Assembly: GCF_044704955.1 (NCBI RefSeq)
Contig: NC_091983.1
Span: forward strand, 193,750,001-193,814,000
Origin: Pristiophorus japonicus
Taxonomy: Eukaryota
Length of the DNA stretch: 64,000 nucleotides
Direction: 5' to 3'
Part shown: positions 26,180 through 38,602 of the stretch, piece by piece
Position numbering within the stretch: position 1 is the first letter of the stretch
Layout: every line of letters starts with the position of its first letter
Made by a program: the position numbers and the translations under genes
Notes under the pieces: model-generated
What the model was told of the DNA's origin: nothing
The model's input: the letters and a program-made list of their open reading frames with translations, nothing else
The model's database searches: none

Positions 26180-26687
26180 GAAATCCCAACTTCTGCCCAG
26201 CGTAAGGCCTGCTTTTACCAGCATAAGCGTTTAAAATAAATAAATAAAATAAAATTGATCATGTTTATACATTAAAAACCCTGTCCATTAAGGTAAGTTT
26301 CTTTAGTCCCATTAAAACAATTTTTCCCCCCCCAAAATTAATTTGTTTAAAATATTTAATTAAATTACATTTTAATTAATTTTAAATATGTAATGTTTTG
26401 TTTAAAAAAAAAATACATGAAATAAATTTTAAGTGATCTCCATTTATACTTTTGGGAGTTCTGTACAAATGGAGTCCACAAAGCTATCAATGGAGATTCC
26501 ATTATTTTATTGGTTGGGCAAGCTCAAGTGATCCAAGGGGCACTCACATGCACCCTGGGATACATGGGCCTCTACGCAGGCCTACGTATAGAGGCCCAGG
26601 AGCGCAAGTTGCTGAACCTCCCGGACCACCTGGTAAATTCATGGTTTTTTTTGCAGATTGGAGGCCTCCGACCACAAATTTTGGCCC
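26180..26687. mobile_element. Truncated MITE related to 23569-24328, in opposite orientation
   Basis: Terminus aaattttggccc|ATT, a shared aaacttac...agggtttttaa block, and a degenerate central hairpin. Confidence 0.65.
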
Positions 26688-27080
26688 ATTATGGTTATTT
26701 CAAAAGGTCATGTATAATTTCCCCAAGACCACTGAATACTTGAGGGGGGTGGGGGAGGCAGGGAAAGAGAAGGGAGTGGAAAGAAGGATTAAATGTTCAG
26801 TGCATATCCTCAGAATTATATAGTCCCATTCCTCATTTTTTGACAATGCATTAGTCAGAATCGCTCTCCTGCTCTGGGTTAGCCAAAACAGTGTTCAAAT
26901 TGGTAGCAGAGAAAGACCAGCATGTGTGTTTGTAAAATTGTCAGGTATATAAAACCAAATCAACATTCAGTTTTAACCTTTGAATATTCTCAAAACCTTT
27001 TAATGGTAAACTAGTCAGACATGTCTACAAAGCTCAATTTATAAATTGATTCCACTGTCTATGGTCTCAAACTTTACAAG

Positions 27081-29133
27081 ATCATAGAATCATAGAATGG
27101 TTACAGGACGGAAGGCGGCCATTCGGCCCGTCGAGCCTGCGCCGATTTTCAGCTGGTCCCACTCCTTCGCCCTTTCCTTGTAGCCCTGCAATTTATTTTC
27201 CTTCAGATACTTATTCAACACCCTTTTGAAAGATAAAATGGAGTCTGCCTCCACCACCCTTTCAGGCAGTGCATTCCAGATCTTATCCACTCGCTGCATA
27301 GAAAGGTTTTTTCTTACGTCGCCTTTGGTTCTTTTGCCAATTACCTTAAATCTGTGCCCTCTGGTTCTCGACCCTTCTGCCAATAGGAACAGTTTCTATC
27401 TACTCTGTCCAGATCCCTCATGATTTTGAACACCTCTATCAAATCTCCTCTGCTGCAAGGAGAACAACCCCAGCTTGTCCAGTCCATCAACGTAACTGAA
27501 ATCCCTCATTTCTGGAATCTTTCTCGCAAATCTTTTCTGCACCCTCTCCAAGGTTTTCACATCCTTCCTAAAGTGTGGTGCTCAGAATTGAACACAGTAC
27601 TCCAGTTGGGACCGAACCAGTATTTTATACAGGTTCATCATAATTTCCAAACTTTTGTACTTTTATACCTCTATTTATCCAGGATCCTGTAAGCCTTTTT
27701 AATTTCTTTCTCGCCCTGCCACCTTCAACAATTTATGCACACATACCCCCAGGTCTCTCAGTTTGTGCATCATCATCATCATCATCATCATAGGCAGTCC
27801 CTCGGAATCTTGCTTCTACTCCTGAAGTGAGTTCTTAGGTGGCTGAACAGTCCAATACGAGAACCACAGTCTCTGATCACAGGTGGGACAGATAGTCGTT
27901 GAGGGAAGGGGTGGGTGGGACTGGTTTGCCGCACACTCTTTCCGCTGCCTGCGCTTGATTTCTGCATGGTCTCGGCGATGAGACTCTAGGTGCTCAGCGC
28001 CCTCTCGGATGCACTTCCTCCACTTAGGGCGGTCTTGGGCCAGGGACTCCCAGGTGTCAGTGGGGATGTCGCACTTTATCAGGGAAGCTTTGATGGTGTC
28101 CTTGTAACGAATCCGCTGCCCACCTTTGGCTTGTTTGCCATGAAGGAGCTCCGAGTAGAGCACTTGATTTGGGAGACTCGTGACTGGCATGCGGACTATG
28201 TGGCCTGCCCAGTGGAGCTGATCGAGTGTGGTCAGTGCTTCAATGCTGGGGATGTTAGCCTGAATGAGGACGCTGATGTTGGTGCGCCTGTCCTCCCAGG
28301 GGATTTGTAGGCTCTTGCGGAGACATCGTTGGTGATATTTCTCCAGCGACTTGAGGTGTCTGCTGTACATGGTCCATGTCTCTGAGCCATACAGGAGGGC
28401 GGGTATTACTACAGCCCTGTAGACCATGAGCTTGGTGGCAGTTTTGAGGGCCTGGTCTTCAAACACTCTTTTCTTCAGGCGGCCGAAGGCTGCACTGGAG
28501 GCGGTGTTTGATCGCGTCGTCGATGCCTGCTCTTGTTGATAGGAGGGTTTATGCACCCCCTTTAGGATTGTACCATTTAGTTTATATGTCCTCTCATCAT
28601 TCTTTCTACCAAAATGCATCACTCCACACTTTCCCGTGTTAAATTTCATCTGCCACATGTCCGCCCATTTCATAAGCCTGTCTATTTCTTCCTGAAGACT
28701 ATCACACTCCTCTTCACTGTTCACTATTCTTCCAACTTTTGTTTCATCTACAAATTTTGAAATAGCGACCTGTACACCCACGTCATCAAGAAAAGCAGTG
28801 GTCCTAGAACCGACCTCTGGGGAACACTACTGTATACCTTCCTCCAGTCCAAAAAACTATTCACCACTACGCTCCGTTTCCTGTCACTGAGCCAATTTTG
28901 TATCCATGCCGCCAATGTCCCTTTTAATCCATGGGCTTTCAATTTTCTGGCAAGTGCATTACCCTCATCAATCCTCTGTTACCTCATCAAAAAACACAAT
29001 CAAATTGGTGAAACACGATCTGCCTTTAACAAATCCGTGCTGGCTTTCCTTAATTAATCCATCCCTATCCAAGTGACTGTTAATTTTATCCCCGATTACA
29101 GTTTCTAAAAGCTTCCCCACTACCAAGGTTAAA
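27081..29133 (-). mobile_element. CR1 3' fragment interrupted by an RTE
   Basis: RT remnants at 28550-29130 and 27090-27760, with a (catagaat) tail. Confidence 0.88.
27770..28547 (-). mobile_element. RTE-clade LINE 3' fragment
   Basis: ALLYGSETWT and WAGHIVRM motifs, (CAT)n tail, TSD gtttgtgca/gtttatgca. Confidence 0.92.
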
Positions 29134-29134
29134 C

Positions 29135-30180
29135 ACTGCAGCAACTCGCCAGTGACAGCACCTCACAAACCTGCGACCTACCTTGAAAGACAAGGGCAAC
29201 AGGCACATGGGAACACCATCACCTCCAACTTAAATATTATCTTGACTTGGAAATATATTACCATTCCTCATGGTCGCTGGGTCAAAATCCTGGAACGCCC
29301 TCCCTAACACTGTGGGAGCACCTTCACCAGACTGTAGCGGGTTAAAGCGGCTCACCACTACCTCCGAGAGCAACTAGGGATGGGCAGTAAATGCTTGCCT
29401 TTACCGGTGAAAGATCTTATGAGCCTTGAAGGGTCAGGCCAGTTGACACACAATTCCCTTTCATCAACAGAAATATATAGTGTATTAAATGGTACAACAC
29501 TTTCATACTATAAAATAGTGTATCCTCCGACAACACAGTGTTATTAGAGATCCACTTATTCTAAGCAAAAAGCAAACTTTTCCTGGTTAGGAAAGACTTT
29601 GAGGAGAACCTTTATTATAGATTATATAAAGTTGGGGTAATGGGCCAGAATCTGAACTGGCAATATCAAAACTATAGCTATAAGAGCATGGCAATTGCTA
29701 GGCACTCAGACTGGTAGCTCACTTCCTGAACCCTCAAGCCTCCACCATCTACAAGGCTCAAGTCAGTAATGTAATAGAATATTCGGTACTTACCTGGATG
29801 GGTGCAACCACAACAACACTCAAGATGCTCAATACCATCCAGGCCAGTGCGGTTTGCTTGGTTTGAAACACTATCACTGGACTCAATATTCACTTCCTTC
29901 ATCACTGAGGCACTGCTCCTGCAGTATGAATAAACAACAGGATGCACTGCAGCAACTCAGTCAGCTTGCTTTGACAGCACTTCTGTACTGTGTAACCTCT
30001 GTCACCAAGGACAGAGCAGCCATTTCATGGGAAAATCACCCGAGTCATACACCGCCCATTCCTTCATCCATGGGCTGGGTTCTGAAATGTGTTACCCACC
30101 ATCATTGTGGGAACACCATCACAAGGACTACAGCATTTCAAGGAGACCCACCATCGCCTTCTCAGGAGAACTAGAAAAGG
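29135..30180 (+). mobile_element. Two degenerate non-LTR 3' fragments (CR1/L2 group), at 29135-29410 and 29710-30180
   Basis: Both share cactgcagcaactc...acagca...ggaacacc..cac, and the first ends in gggatgggcagtaaatgc. Confidence 0.6.
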
Positions 30181-30599
30181 ATAAATATATACAAGGATTG
30201 TCCACATACAGAGAACAAAATTGTTTTCTAGGTGATTCAGACCTGTGAATCCATTCTACCTGGACTTTCTCCAGCCTATCTTCTATACCAACCGTACATA
30301 TTTACATGAATTTGCTAAGCCAACAGGGAATTGAAAGGCACTTTGATATTGGTGCCTGGATGACACTCAAATGTAGTGACAAACCTGAGCACTCTCCCCT
30401 TTCTACTATATCCACGTATTGCTGATTTTGGTTGGACATCCAATTGAAATTGGCCCACATTTATTGTGCCTCCACTCAGGGCTCACAACATCAGGTCTCA
30501 GGGACGCAAAGTTTGTCTGCTGCAAACTGTGTGTCAAAGATAACTAGCATTCCTGTCAACTGCACAATATCAGTGTAAAAGTGTTTAGAATTTCTATTT

Positions 30600-31030
30600 A
30601 ACATTCACAACTGCATTTCAACAATGTAGTGCTGACATAGTAACAAACTAAGAACAATTCATGCTTCCTAGTGCCTAAGGTAAATAGCATGCAACTCATG
30701 GCAGTATGCCACAGTTCTGCACTTCCCGACAGCCTGAGATGACAACCGGAAAAGTTGACAGAATCCAGGCTAGAGGCACACAGCAACTAGAGGATGGTTT
30801 TGGTTTTTCCATTACACTGGAGAAATCTTTTTGGCTCACCTGTCTTGATATTAAGCAGGCAGTTGGTGAGTGAAGTAACAATAGTTGCATTGACAAGGGC
30901 AGCAAACAAAAGTCATTGGCACAGCTATGGAAACTTACCTTGTAAGAAGAGTGACCAAAAAAAAAAAAATCGCCCCCGGGACACACTAGAGGCGACTGTG
31001 AAGGCAGAGAAGCCATTGGTGGCACTGTAA
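30600..31030 (-). mobile_element. L2-like LINE remnant
   Basis: Degenerate RT-like translation (VSFHSCAND..., ACLISRQVS). Confidence 0.5.
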
Positions 31031-31044
31031 TTTTTTTTAATTTT

Positions 31045-31497
31045 CTTTAATTCATTCACAGAATGTGGGCGTCACTGGCAAGGCTGGCATTTATTGCTTA
31101 TCCTCAATTACCCTGGAGAAGATGCTGGTGAGCAGCCATCTTTAACGTGGTGAAGGTACTCCGAGTGCTGACTTTGTTACAGCGGTTTGTTACAACTGAG
31201 TGGCTTGCTAGGCCATTTCAGAGGGAAGTTAAGAGTCAACCACATTGCTGAGGGTCTGGAGTCACATATAGGCCAGACTGGGCAAGGACAGCAGATTTGC
31301 TTCCCTAAAAAGGACATTAGTGAACCAGATGGGTTTTTCGAAAATACGAGTTTCATGGTCACCATTACTGATACTGTTTTTTTTAAATTCCAGATTTTTA
31401 AAAAATTAACTGAATTCAAATTCCCCAGCTGCCATGGTGGGATTTGAACTCACCTCTGGATTATTAGTCCAGTAACATAACCACTATGCTACCATAC
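31045..31497 (-). mobile_element. tRNA-derived SINE
   Basis: Head with A/B boxes (tagcatagtgg...gagttcaaatccc). Its tail gataagcaataaatgccagcc resembles the LINE tail at about 29380. Confidence 0.8.
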
Positions 31498-32059
31498 CAA
31501 TTCACAATGACTGTGTTGCAACAAGTATGAGCAGAACCAAGAGACAAAATTGCCATGAAGGTAGAATTCAGACACTGGAAGAATGGTAAACTGTGCTGAA
31601 AGTGATGAAGAAGTCTAAGAGGAGGAGGAGAAAGTAACTCATTAACAGTAGCACAGGATGTAATTTCTGACTTTAGCCAGTATGGTCCAAGTGCTGTGGA
31701 TGGGGCAGAGACTACATAGGGAAAACAAAGTCTCAAACAAGATGGGAAATAGCATACACTGGGATAAAGATTTTGAACCGCATTAAAGCACAATGTAAAT
31801 GTTACTTGATGCAACAAATATCACATGAATAGACTTGAAAAGAAAAATATATACACACATTTGTATTGCAGGTGACTTGGTCAATAACTAAAAGCAGACA
31901 AACGCCTCCAGAGCATGCTGAAATTTGAAGCCATCCCCATAAGGATTTGAGGAGTTATCATTGCTGTTCATAGCCAACTTGCATGTTAAATGTCAAAAAT
32001 ATGAAATAAAACAAGAGTTGATCCAAAGCCACTTCTCCAAATAAAGACCACTTACTTAA

Positions 32060-32550
32060 CATTGCCGGCCTCCAAATCTTTACCTCAGCCCATCTGCTAA
32101 TCCATGCCTGTCACCTCCAGACTCAACTTTTCCAATGCTCTCCTGACTAACCTTCCATCCTCCGTAAACTTCAGCTCACCCAAAACTCTGCTACCCGTAT
32201 TCAATGCCACACTAAGTCCCAACTATCCATCACCACTGTGCTCGCTAACTGACACTAGCTGCCACCCCCCCCCCCACCCCAGTGCTTCAAATTTAAAATT
32301 CTCATCCTCATGTTTAAATCCCTTCATAACCTCGCTGCTTCCCATCGCCAACATCCTCCTCCTCTCTCCATTCCTCCGACTCCTGTTTCCCCTCCTCCCC
32401 TCACTCCACCACTGGCAACCAAGCCGTCAGCTGCCAAAGCTGTGCACTCTGGATTTCCCTGCATAATCACCTCTATCTCCACTTCACTCTCCAATCAAGC
32501 TTTTGGTCACTACTCCCAATATCACCTTCTTTGGCTCAGCATTGATTTTT
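32060..32550 (+). mobile_element. L2 LINE 3' remnant
   Basis: VTSRLNFSNALL motif and tttaaaattctcatcct. Confidence 0.7.
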
Positions 32551-32769
32551 TAAATTTTGTTTCTTTTCCACAAGAGCTACTGATCTACAAACCCAAGGAG
32601 CAGCAGCAAGGACCCTCGACATTTCCATGACCACTACAAATACAGGAGACGTGTAAACTTGGAACACTCATGGTACTCCTTCCATGAAGAGACAGTGACT
32701 TATACAGTACAGCTACTCACTAACCTGAGGCAGCATGCCCCCCCCCCCCAAAAAAAGCACTCAAATAAT

Positions 32770-33230
32770 GGATCTACAATTCTAGCCAAGAACAATCCGC
32801 TTTTTAGGAACTGGTCCTCATGGATGAGTCAAGGGTCCCTCGTCAGCTTCTTCACGGCGAGCTCTGTGAAGGTCAGACACCAGGGACGTCCCCGCAAGCG
32901 CTACAAAGATTGCAGGCTAACCTCCAGTACTGTGGCATCCGACCAAAGGACCTCGAGAATACAGCAGCTAATAAAATCCAGTGGCGAACCCTCACGAGGA
33001 CTGCCTGCCAGACCTTCGAAGAAAGCCGATGTCAACGCCTGCGGGACACTAGAGATAGACGACATCAGGTGGCAGCACTGTCAGCATCAGGCTCATCGAA
33101 CTTCCCTTGTCCGACGTGCAAGAGACTAAATGCATCCAGAATTGGCCTATACAGCCACTTGAAGACACATGCTATTGATGATTAGCACATCAACGTCTTT
33201 GTTGGATACGACAGACTACCAAGATCCTCA
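32770..33230 (+). mobile_element. RTE LINE 3' fragment (second family)
   Basis: MDESRVPRQLLHGEL and a C-terminal CPTC...SRIGLYSHLKTH zinc finger. Confidence 0.82.
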
Positions 33231-33252
33231 CTTCAATCCTACCCAATATTAT

Positions 33253-33378
33253 ACAAAAGCAAAATACTGCAGATGCTGGAATCTGGAATAAAAACAGAAA
33301 ATGCTGGAAATCTCAGCAGGTTAGGCAGCATCTGTGGAGAGAAAGCAGAGTTAACGTTTCGGGTTGATGACCTTTTGT
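33253..33378 (-). mobile_element. Penelope-like pseudo-LTR remnant
   Basis: ggtcatcaacccgaaacgttaactctg...cagatgctgcctaacctgctgag, a motif recalled from shark Penelope-like element ends. Confidence 0.55.
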
Positions 33379-33790
33379 TTTATTGGAGTTACTTTGATCT
33401 TGAAGGGGTTTTTTTTTGCACTCATTAGCATATTTTATCAGCTACCTACATCAGATGTTCTCCACTCACTGTTGTTACTCCAGCTATGGCAAAATGGTGC
33501 TATATAGACCTCACAGTACCACAGCTTTTAGTTTTCCACCCGAGGTTGCATGTCGGCCAGAAGCAGAACTAGCAAATCCTTACCCCGCCCTGAAATGCCC
33601 TGGGGATTTTTCCCTCCTATGTGAAAGGCGCTATATACACATGGTGTGGTATCTGTAGTAGAACAGCACGTTTTCTTTAATACAGTTCTAAACCCAATGT
33701 GTTAAACGCATACTTTCTTAAGGGAGAACTTTACAAATTCTAGCTGTCCCCTTTTACTAAATCATATAGACTCACGGCTACATACTGTAC

Positions 33791-33877
33791 CTGTTCACAA
33801 TTACTGCAGAGTAGATATTCCCTCACCGACCTTCCTCTGGCTTTCGTTCTTGCGTTTGCTACGGTTGCGAGTCTCAT
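33791..33877 (-). CDS. SESN1: Sestrin-1 first coding exon of the short (T2-like) isoform, MRLATVANARTKARGRSVREYLLCSNCEQ
   Basis: ATG at 33877 in context caaaATGA, 87 nt, phase-0 donor CAG|gtacag. The MRLA..AN start and CxxC resemble the mammalian SESN1 T2 N-terminus. It lies just downstream of a CpG-rich promoter-like region. Confidence 0.85.
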
Positions 33878-34360
33878 TTTGACGTTATTCAAGTATCTCT
33901 AAACAAAGCCAAAATATAACCTTATTTTCCGCTTGTCTTCTCAGCAGCTGCAGAACTGCGATTGCACTGCAGCGCGCACGATTAAATATTGCAATGGAAC
34001 AACCTCTTGAGGGATAACCAAGTCAATCACAAGGCGCGGTCGTCGATTGGCGACTCTCTGCCAGTGACAAACAGGCTCTGCGATTCCTGCCCACTCAGCA
34101 GCCGAATTATGTATGGCGAACGGGAGTCGCTGAAATTTATGATCGGCATTGCATGTGGTCAATCAGAACACAATCTATCCATAGCAGCAACACGCCCAGC
34201 TCAGGGGGAGGCTGGCAAGTCACTGCAACTCATTGGATGAAAACAAAACTGACCTTTGACAAAACTTTAAGAAAAACAAAGAACGCGAGCGGCTCCTCCC
34301 CCGCCCCCGATAGCGGCTACCATCCCTCACCAACCCCCCTCCCCCCCAACTCCGGCCACG
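33878..34360 (-). promoter_or_regulatory. SESN1 short-isoform 5'UTR and promoter
   Basis: Locally CpG-rich and TE-free. TATTTAAT at 33981-33988, CCAAT boxes at 34046-34050 and 34232-34236 (minus strand), GC box CCCCGCCCC near 34300. Inr-like GCAGTT about 30 nt downstream of the TATA-like box. Confidence 0.7.
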
Positions 34361-35320
34361 ACTACCTCCCCTCAAAGGACAAGGAAAAACCTAATTTATA
34401 AAATACAACTGTATGGCAAAAGTCCGTTCAGCCTATCTAAATAACTTCATAGTCAGCATCCGTCTTTTTAATGGCTTCAGGTTTTTACTTGTATTACTGT
34501 CCCTGGAAGTCTATTCCAAGTGTTAATCACTCGGTGGAAGAATATGAACTTCTGGACAATTATCCTAATTTGCCTTTTACAAGTTTGATGGCATGGAGCA
34601 TTGCTTTGGATTTGCATTTCGTTTTGCCTTACCAGCAATTGTCACTTAAAATCATGTCAGCTTTCATGATGCTGCTGAATTTGTACTTTGCAACCAATAT
34701 GGAGCACTAAATATATGGGGAGCTTGAGTTCGTGCTAGTTTACTCACCTTTATACGTCGAGCTCAGAACTTGTATCATAACAATTCAAACCATGCGATTC
34801 AATCATAAGGTTTGCATCTGCTGTTATCTGTGTTACACATAACTGCCTTTTTAATAATTGTACCACCATCCCCCAAATATCCCAGCTAAATGCAAAAACA
34901 CAATATAAAATACATCAGGGTGAAGAGAATTTCAAGAACACTGAAACACCAACATCTAGTTGCATTTAGTTAGCACCTTTAACATTAAAAAACCTCTGTG
35001 CTTCACAGAGGTGTAACGAATCAGACAAAAATGGACGCTGAGCCAAAGAAGGATATTTTAGCAGGGGTGACAAAAATCTTGGTCATAGAGGTAGCTTTTA
35101 AGGAGGGTCTCGCGGGAGTGGTGGAGTCACAGACAGATTTGGGGAGGGAAATCCAGGACACTGAAGGCTTTGAACCAAATAATGGAGCAAAGGAAGGGGG
35201 TGATGCACAAAAGGCCAGTCAGAGGAACGTAGTGTTTGGGGGGTGCAGGATTACAGATCTAGGGAGGGGGTAAAGCCATCAAGGGATTTAAACACGAGAT
35301 TTAGAATTTTAAATCGGAGG

Positions 35321-37018
35321 CATAGAATCATAGAAATATACAGCACGGAAGGAGGCCATTTCGGTCCATTGTGTCCATGCTGGCCAACAAAGAGCTATCC
35401 AGCCTAATCCCATTTTACAGCTCTTGGTCCGCAGCCTTGTAGGTTACGGCATTTCAAGTGCACAACCAAGTACTTTTTAAATGTGAGGATTTCTGCCTCT
35501 ACCACCCTTTCCAGACCCCACCACCCTCTGGTTGAAAACATTTCCCCTCAAATATCCTCTAAACCTCCTACCAATTACTTTAAATCTATGCCCCCAGGTT
35601 GCTGATCCCTCTGCTAAGGGAAATAAGTCCTTCCTAACCACTCCAGGACCCTCAATTTTAAACATCTCAATAAGGTCTCCCCTCAGCCTCCTCTGTTCCA
35701 AAGAAAACAAACCCAGCCTATCCAATCTTTCCTCATAGCTAAAATTCTCCAGTCCTCTCCTCTGAACCCTCTCTGGTACAATCACATCTTTCCTGTAATG
35801 TGGTGACCAGAACTGCATGCAGTACTCTAGCTGTGGCCTAACTAGTGTTTTATACAGTTCAAGCACTTGTATTCTATGCCTCGGCTAATAAAGGCAAGCA
35901 TTCCGTATGCCTTCTTGACCAACTTATCTATCTGGCCTGCTACCTTAAGGGATCTGTAGACATGCACGCCAACGTCCATTTGTTCCTCTACACTTCTCAG
36001 TGTCCTACCATTTAATGTGTATTCCCTTGCCTTGTTAGCCCTCCCCAAATACATTATCTCACACTTCTCGGGATTGAATTCCATTTGCCACTGTTCTGCC
36101 CACCTGACCAGTTCATTGATATCTTCCTGCAGTCTACAGCTTTCTTCATTATCAACCACACAGCTGATTTTAGTATAATCTGCAAACTTCTTAATCATAC
36201 CCTCTATAATCAAGTCTAAATCATTGATATATACCACAAACAACAAGGGACCTCGTACTGAACCCTGCAGAACCCCAATGGAAACGGCCTGCCAGTCACA
36301 AAAACACCCATCAACCAGTACCCTTTGCTTCCTGCCTCAGCCAATTTTGGATCCAACTTACCACTTTACCTTGGATCCCATAAGTTTTTACTTTGTGACC
36401 AGTCTGCCATGTGGAACCTTATCAAGAGCCTTGCTAAAATCCATATACACTACATCAAATCCCCTTGATTACCTCATCAAAAAATTCAATCAAGTTAATC
36501 AGACACGACCTTCCCTTAACAAATCCATGCTGACTGTTCTTGATTAATCTATGTCTTTCTAAATGAAGATTTAGCCTGTCCCTCAGAATTTTTTCCAAAA
36601 ATGTTCCCAACACCGAGGTTAGGCTGACTGGCCTGTAATTACTCGGTCTATCACTTTCTCCCTTTTTAAACAAGCATACAACGTTAGCAGTCCTCCAGCA
36701 CCACATCTGTAGCCAGAGAGGACTGGAAAATGATGGTCAGAGCCTCTGCTATTTCCTCTTTTGTTTCTCTTAACAGCCTGGGATACATTCCATCTGTACC
36801 TGCCGATTTATACACTTTCAAAGCTGCTAAACCCCTTAATACTTCCTCTCTCACTATGTTTATTTCATCTAACATTTCACACTCCTCCTCCCTGATTGCA
36901 GTGTCTGCATCGTCCCTCTCTTGTATTCATTAAGAACCATACCCACGTCTTCCACCTCCACACACAGATTACCTTTATTGTCTCTAACAGGCCCTACCCT
37001 TTCTTTAGTTATCCTCTT
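35321..37018 (-). mobile_element. CR1 3' fragment (subfamily C)
   Basis: RT ORF pieces at 35477-36875, with a (catagaat) tail. Confidence 0.9.
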
Positions 37019-37556
37019 TTGGCATTGAAGGATCAGGAGCTAATGCAGGTTACTAAGGACATGGGGTAGTGAGTGAGTGGGACAGGATATGGGCAGCAGA
37101 GATTTAGGTGAGCTGAGGTTTACTGAGCATGGAGGAAGGGTAGCCAGTTAGGAGAGCATTGGAATAGCTGAATTGGAGGTGACAAAAGCACGGATGAGTG
37201 CATCATCAGCAGAAGGGCTGAGGCAGTGTCCAAGGTGAGTGATGTTACAGATGTGGACATAGGTGGTCTTTGTGATGGAGAAGTTACTTTGGATAAACTC
37301 TTCTGTCTTGTTTCATTTCAGATTTTCAGCATTTGCAAATTTGCTCTTTGTGATGAAGAGGATATGGGGTCCCGAAGCTCAGCTCGGCTTCTATAGAATG
37401 CTGAGATTGCAAATAGTTGGGTTCAGCCTGAGACAATGTCTGGGAATTGGTACGAGTTTGGATACGGGCAGCAGAGTTTTAAATGAGCTGAAGCTTACAG
37501 AGGGTAGAAGGTGGGAGACCAGCCAAGAGAGCATTAGAATAGTTGAACATAGAGGT

Positions 37557-37690
37557 CATCATCATCGGCAGTCCCTCAGAATCGAGGAAGACTTGCTTCC
37601 ACTCTAAACATGAGTCCTTAGGTGACTGAACAGTCCAATACGAGAACCACAATCCCTGTCACACGTGGGGCAGACAGTCGTTGAGGGAAA
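37557..37690 (-). mobile_element. RTE 3' end
   Basis: catcatcatcggcagtccctc...ctgaacagtccaatacgag, as at 27780 and 53730. Confidence 0.85.
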
Positions 37691-38602
37691 CAAAGGCATG
37701 AATGACACACATTAATTAAGCCTTACTCTGCTGTGCATAGTGTAGTGGATTTGTCTCATTTCTGTTGCTTTATTGTAATAGCAGCTTTCCTCATATTAAA
37801 AATAATCAATTTAATCTCAATGTAACCCTGGCTGCACTGATGTTGAACATTCTTTTCATCTTCTGACGTGGAACTGCATGGAAAAATTCAGTTGCTCATG
37901 GTGCTGGATGAATTCCCCTTCACTGCTGTGTAAAAATTCTTTTACTCTTTTGGCTTCTTTTACACATTTTTCTTATGTACACTCCTATAAGCATGCCCTC
38001 TTTCCCCATAAACCAGAGTGTACCTCTCTACCTTCAATATCTGGTATTGTGGAGAGCCCAGGAGTCAAACAGAAACCCTCATCGCTATTTAGTTTACTGG
38101 ATAGTGTATGAACCCTCTTATGGTCTCCTAGACATTGGAAGGCAGTAGCACAAACACTTTCAGGCTGTGAATAAGGCTATAAATGAAACAGGTTTATAAA
38201 GAAATAACATAAGCTGCAGCAAAGATAATGCCACAGATTACCATGGTTTACAGAATACATGCAATTTACTATTGCAGAAAATAACAAACCTGGCCCTTTG
38301 CTAATACTCTTTGTAACACACACCCGGAGATAGTGACCCAACAATAACTGAGGTTCTTTGTGTTTTCCTCTTGCAGCCTCCCACCATTCTTTTGATGGCC
38401 GCAGAAGCACACTTCCCACGACCCATTTCTATTTGATTACGTACTATGAAATTCAAAATATCTCCCTCAAAATCAAACAAAAGTTGCCAATTCGATACTT
38501 AAAAAACAAGAGGATGTCTGTAGTTTCCATCTAATAGGTATCAAACCAAGTCCATTTTTCAGCTAACTGTAAAATTCCCTTGGTCTTAATGAAACACCTA
38601 CA

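Larger units (their letters stand above)
34960..37720 (-). mobile_element. Old L2 remnant interrupted by a CR1 (35321-37018) and an RTE tail (37557-37690)
   Basis: L2-like text on both sides (gaattttaaatcggagg; ggagagcattggaatag...ggaggtgacaaaagca). Confidence 0.65.

Noticed and set aside
31430-31497. tRNA gene
   Set aside because: A/B boxes are present but there is no cloverleaf, and the sequence continues into a SINE body.
23000-34400. p53 response element expected near the T2 exon
   Set aside because: Only isolated half-sites (e.g. AAGCTAGTTT at about 24712) were seen, and no convincing dimer. A PWM scan is needed.
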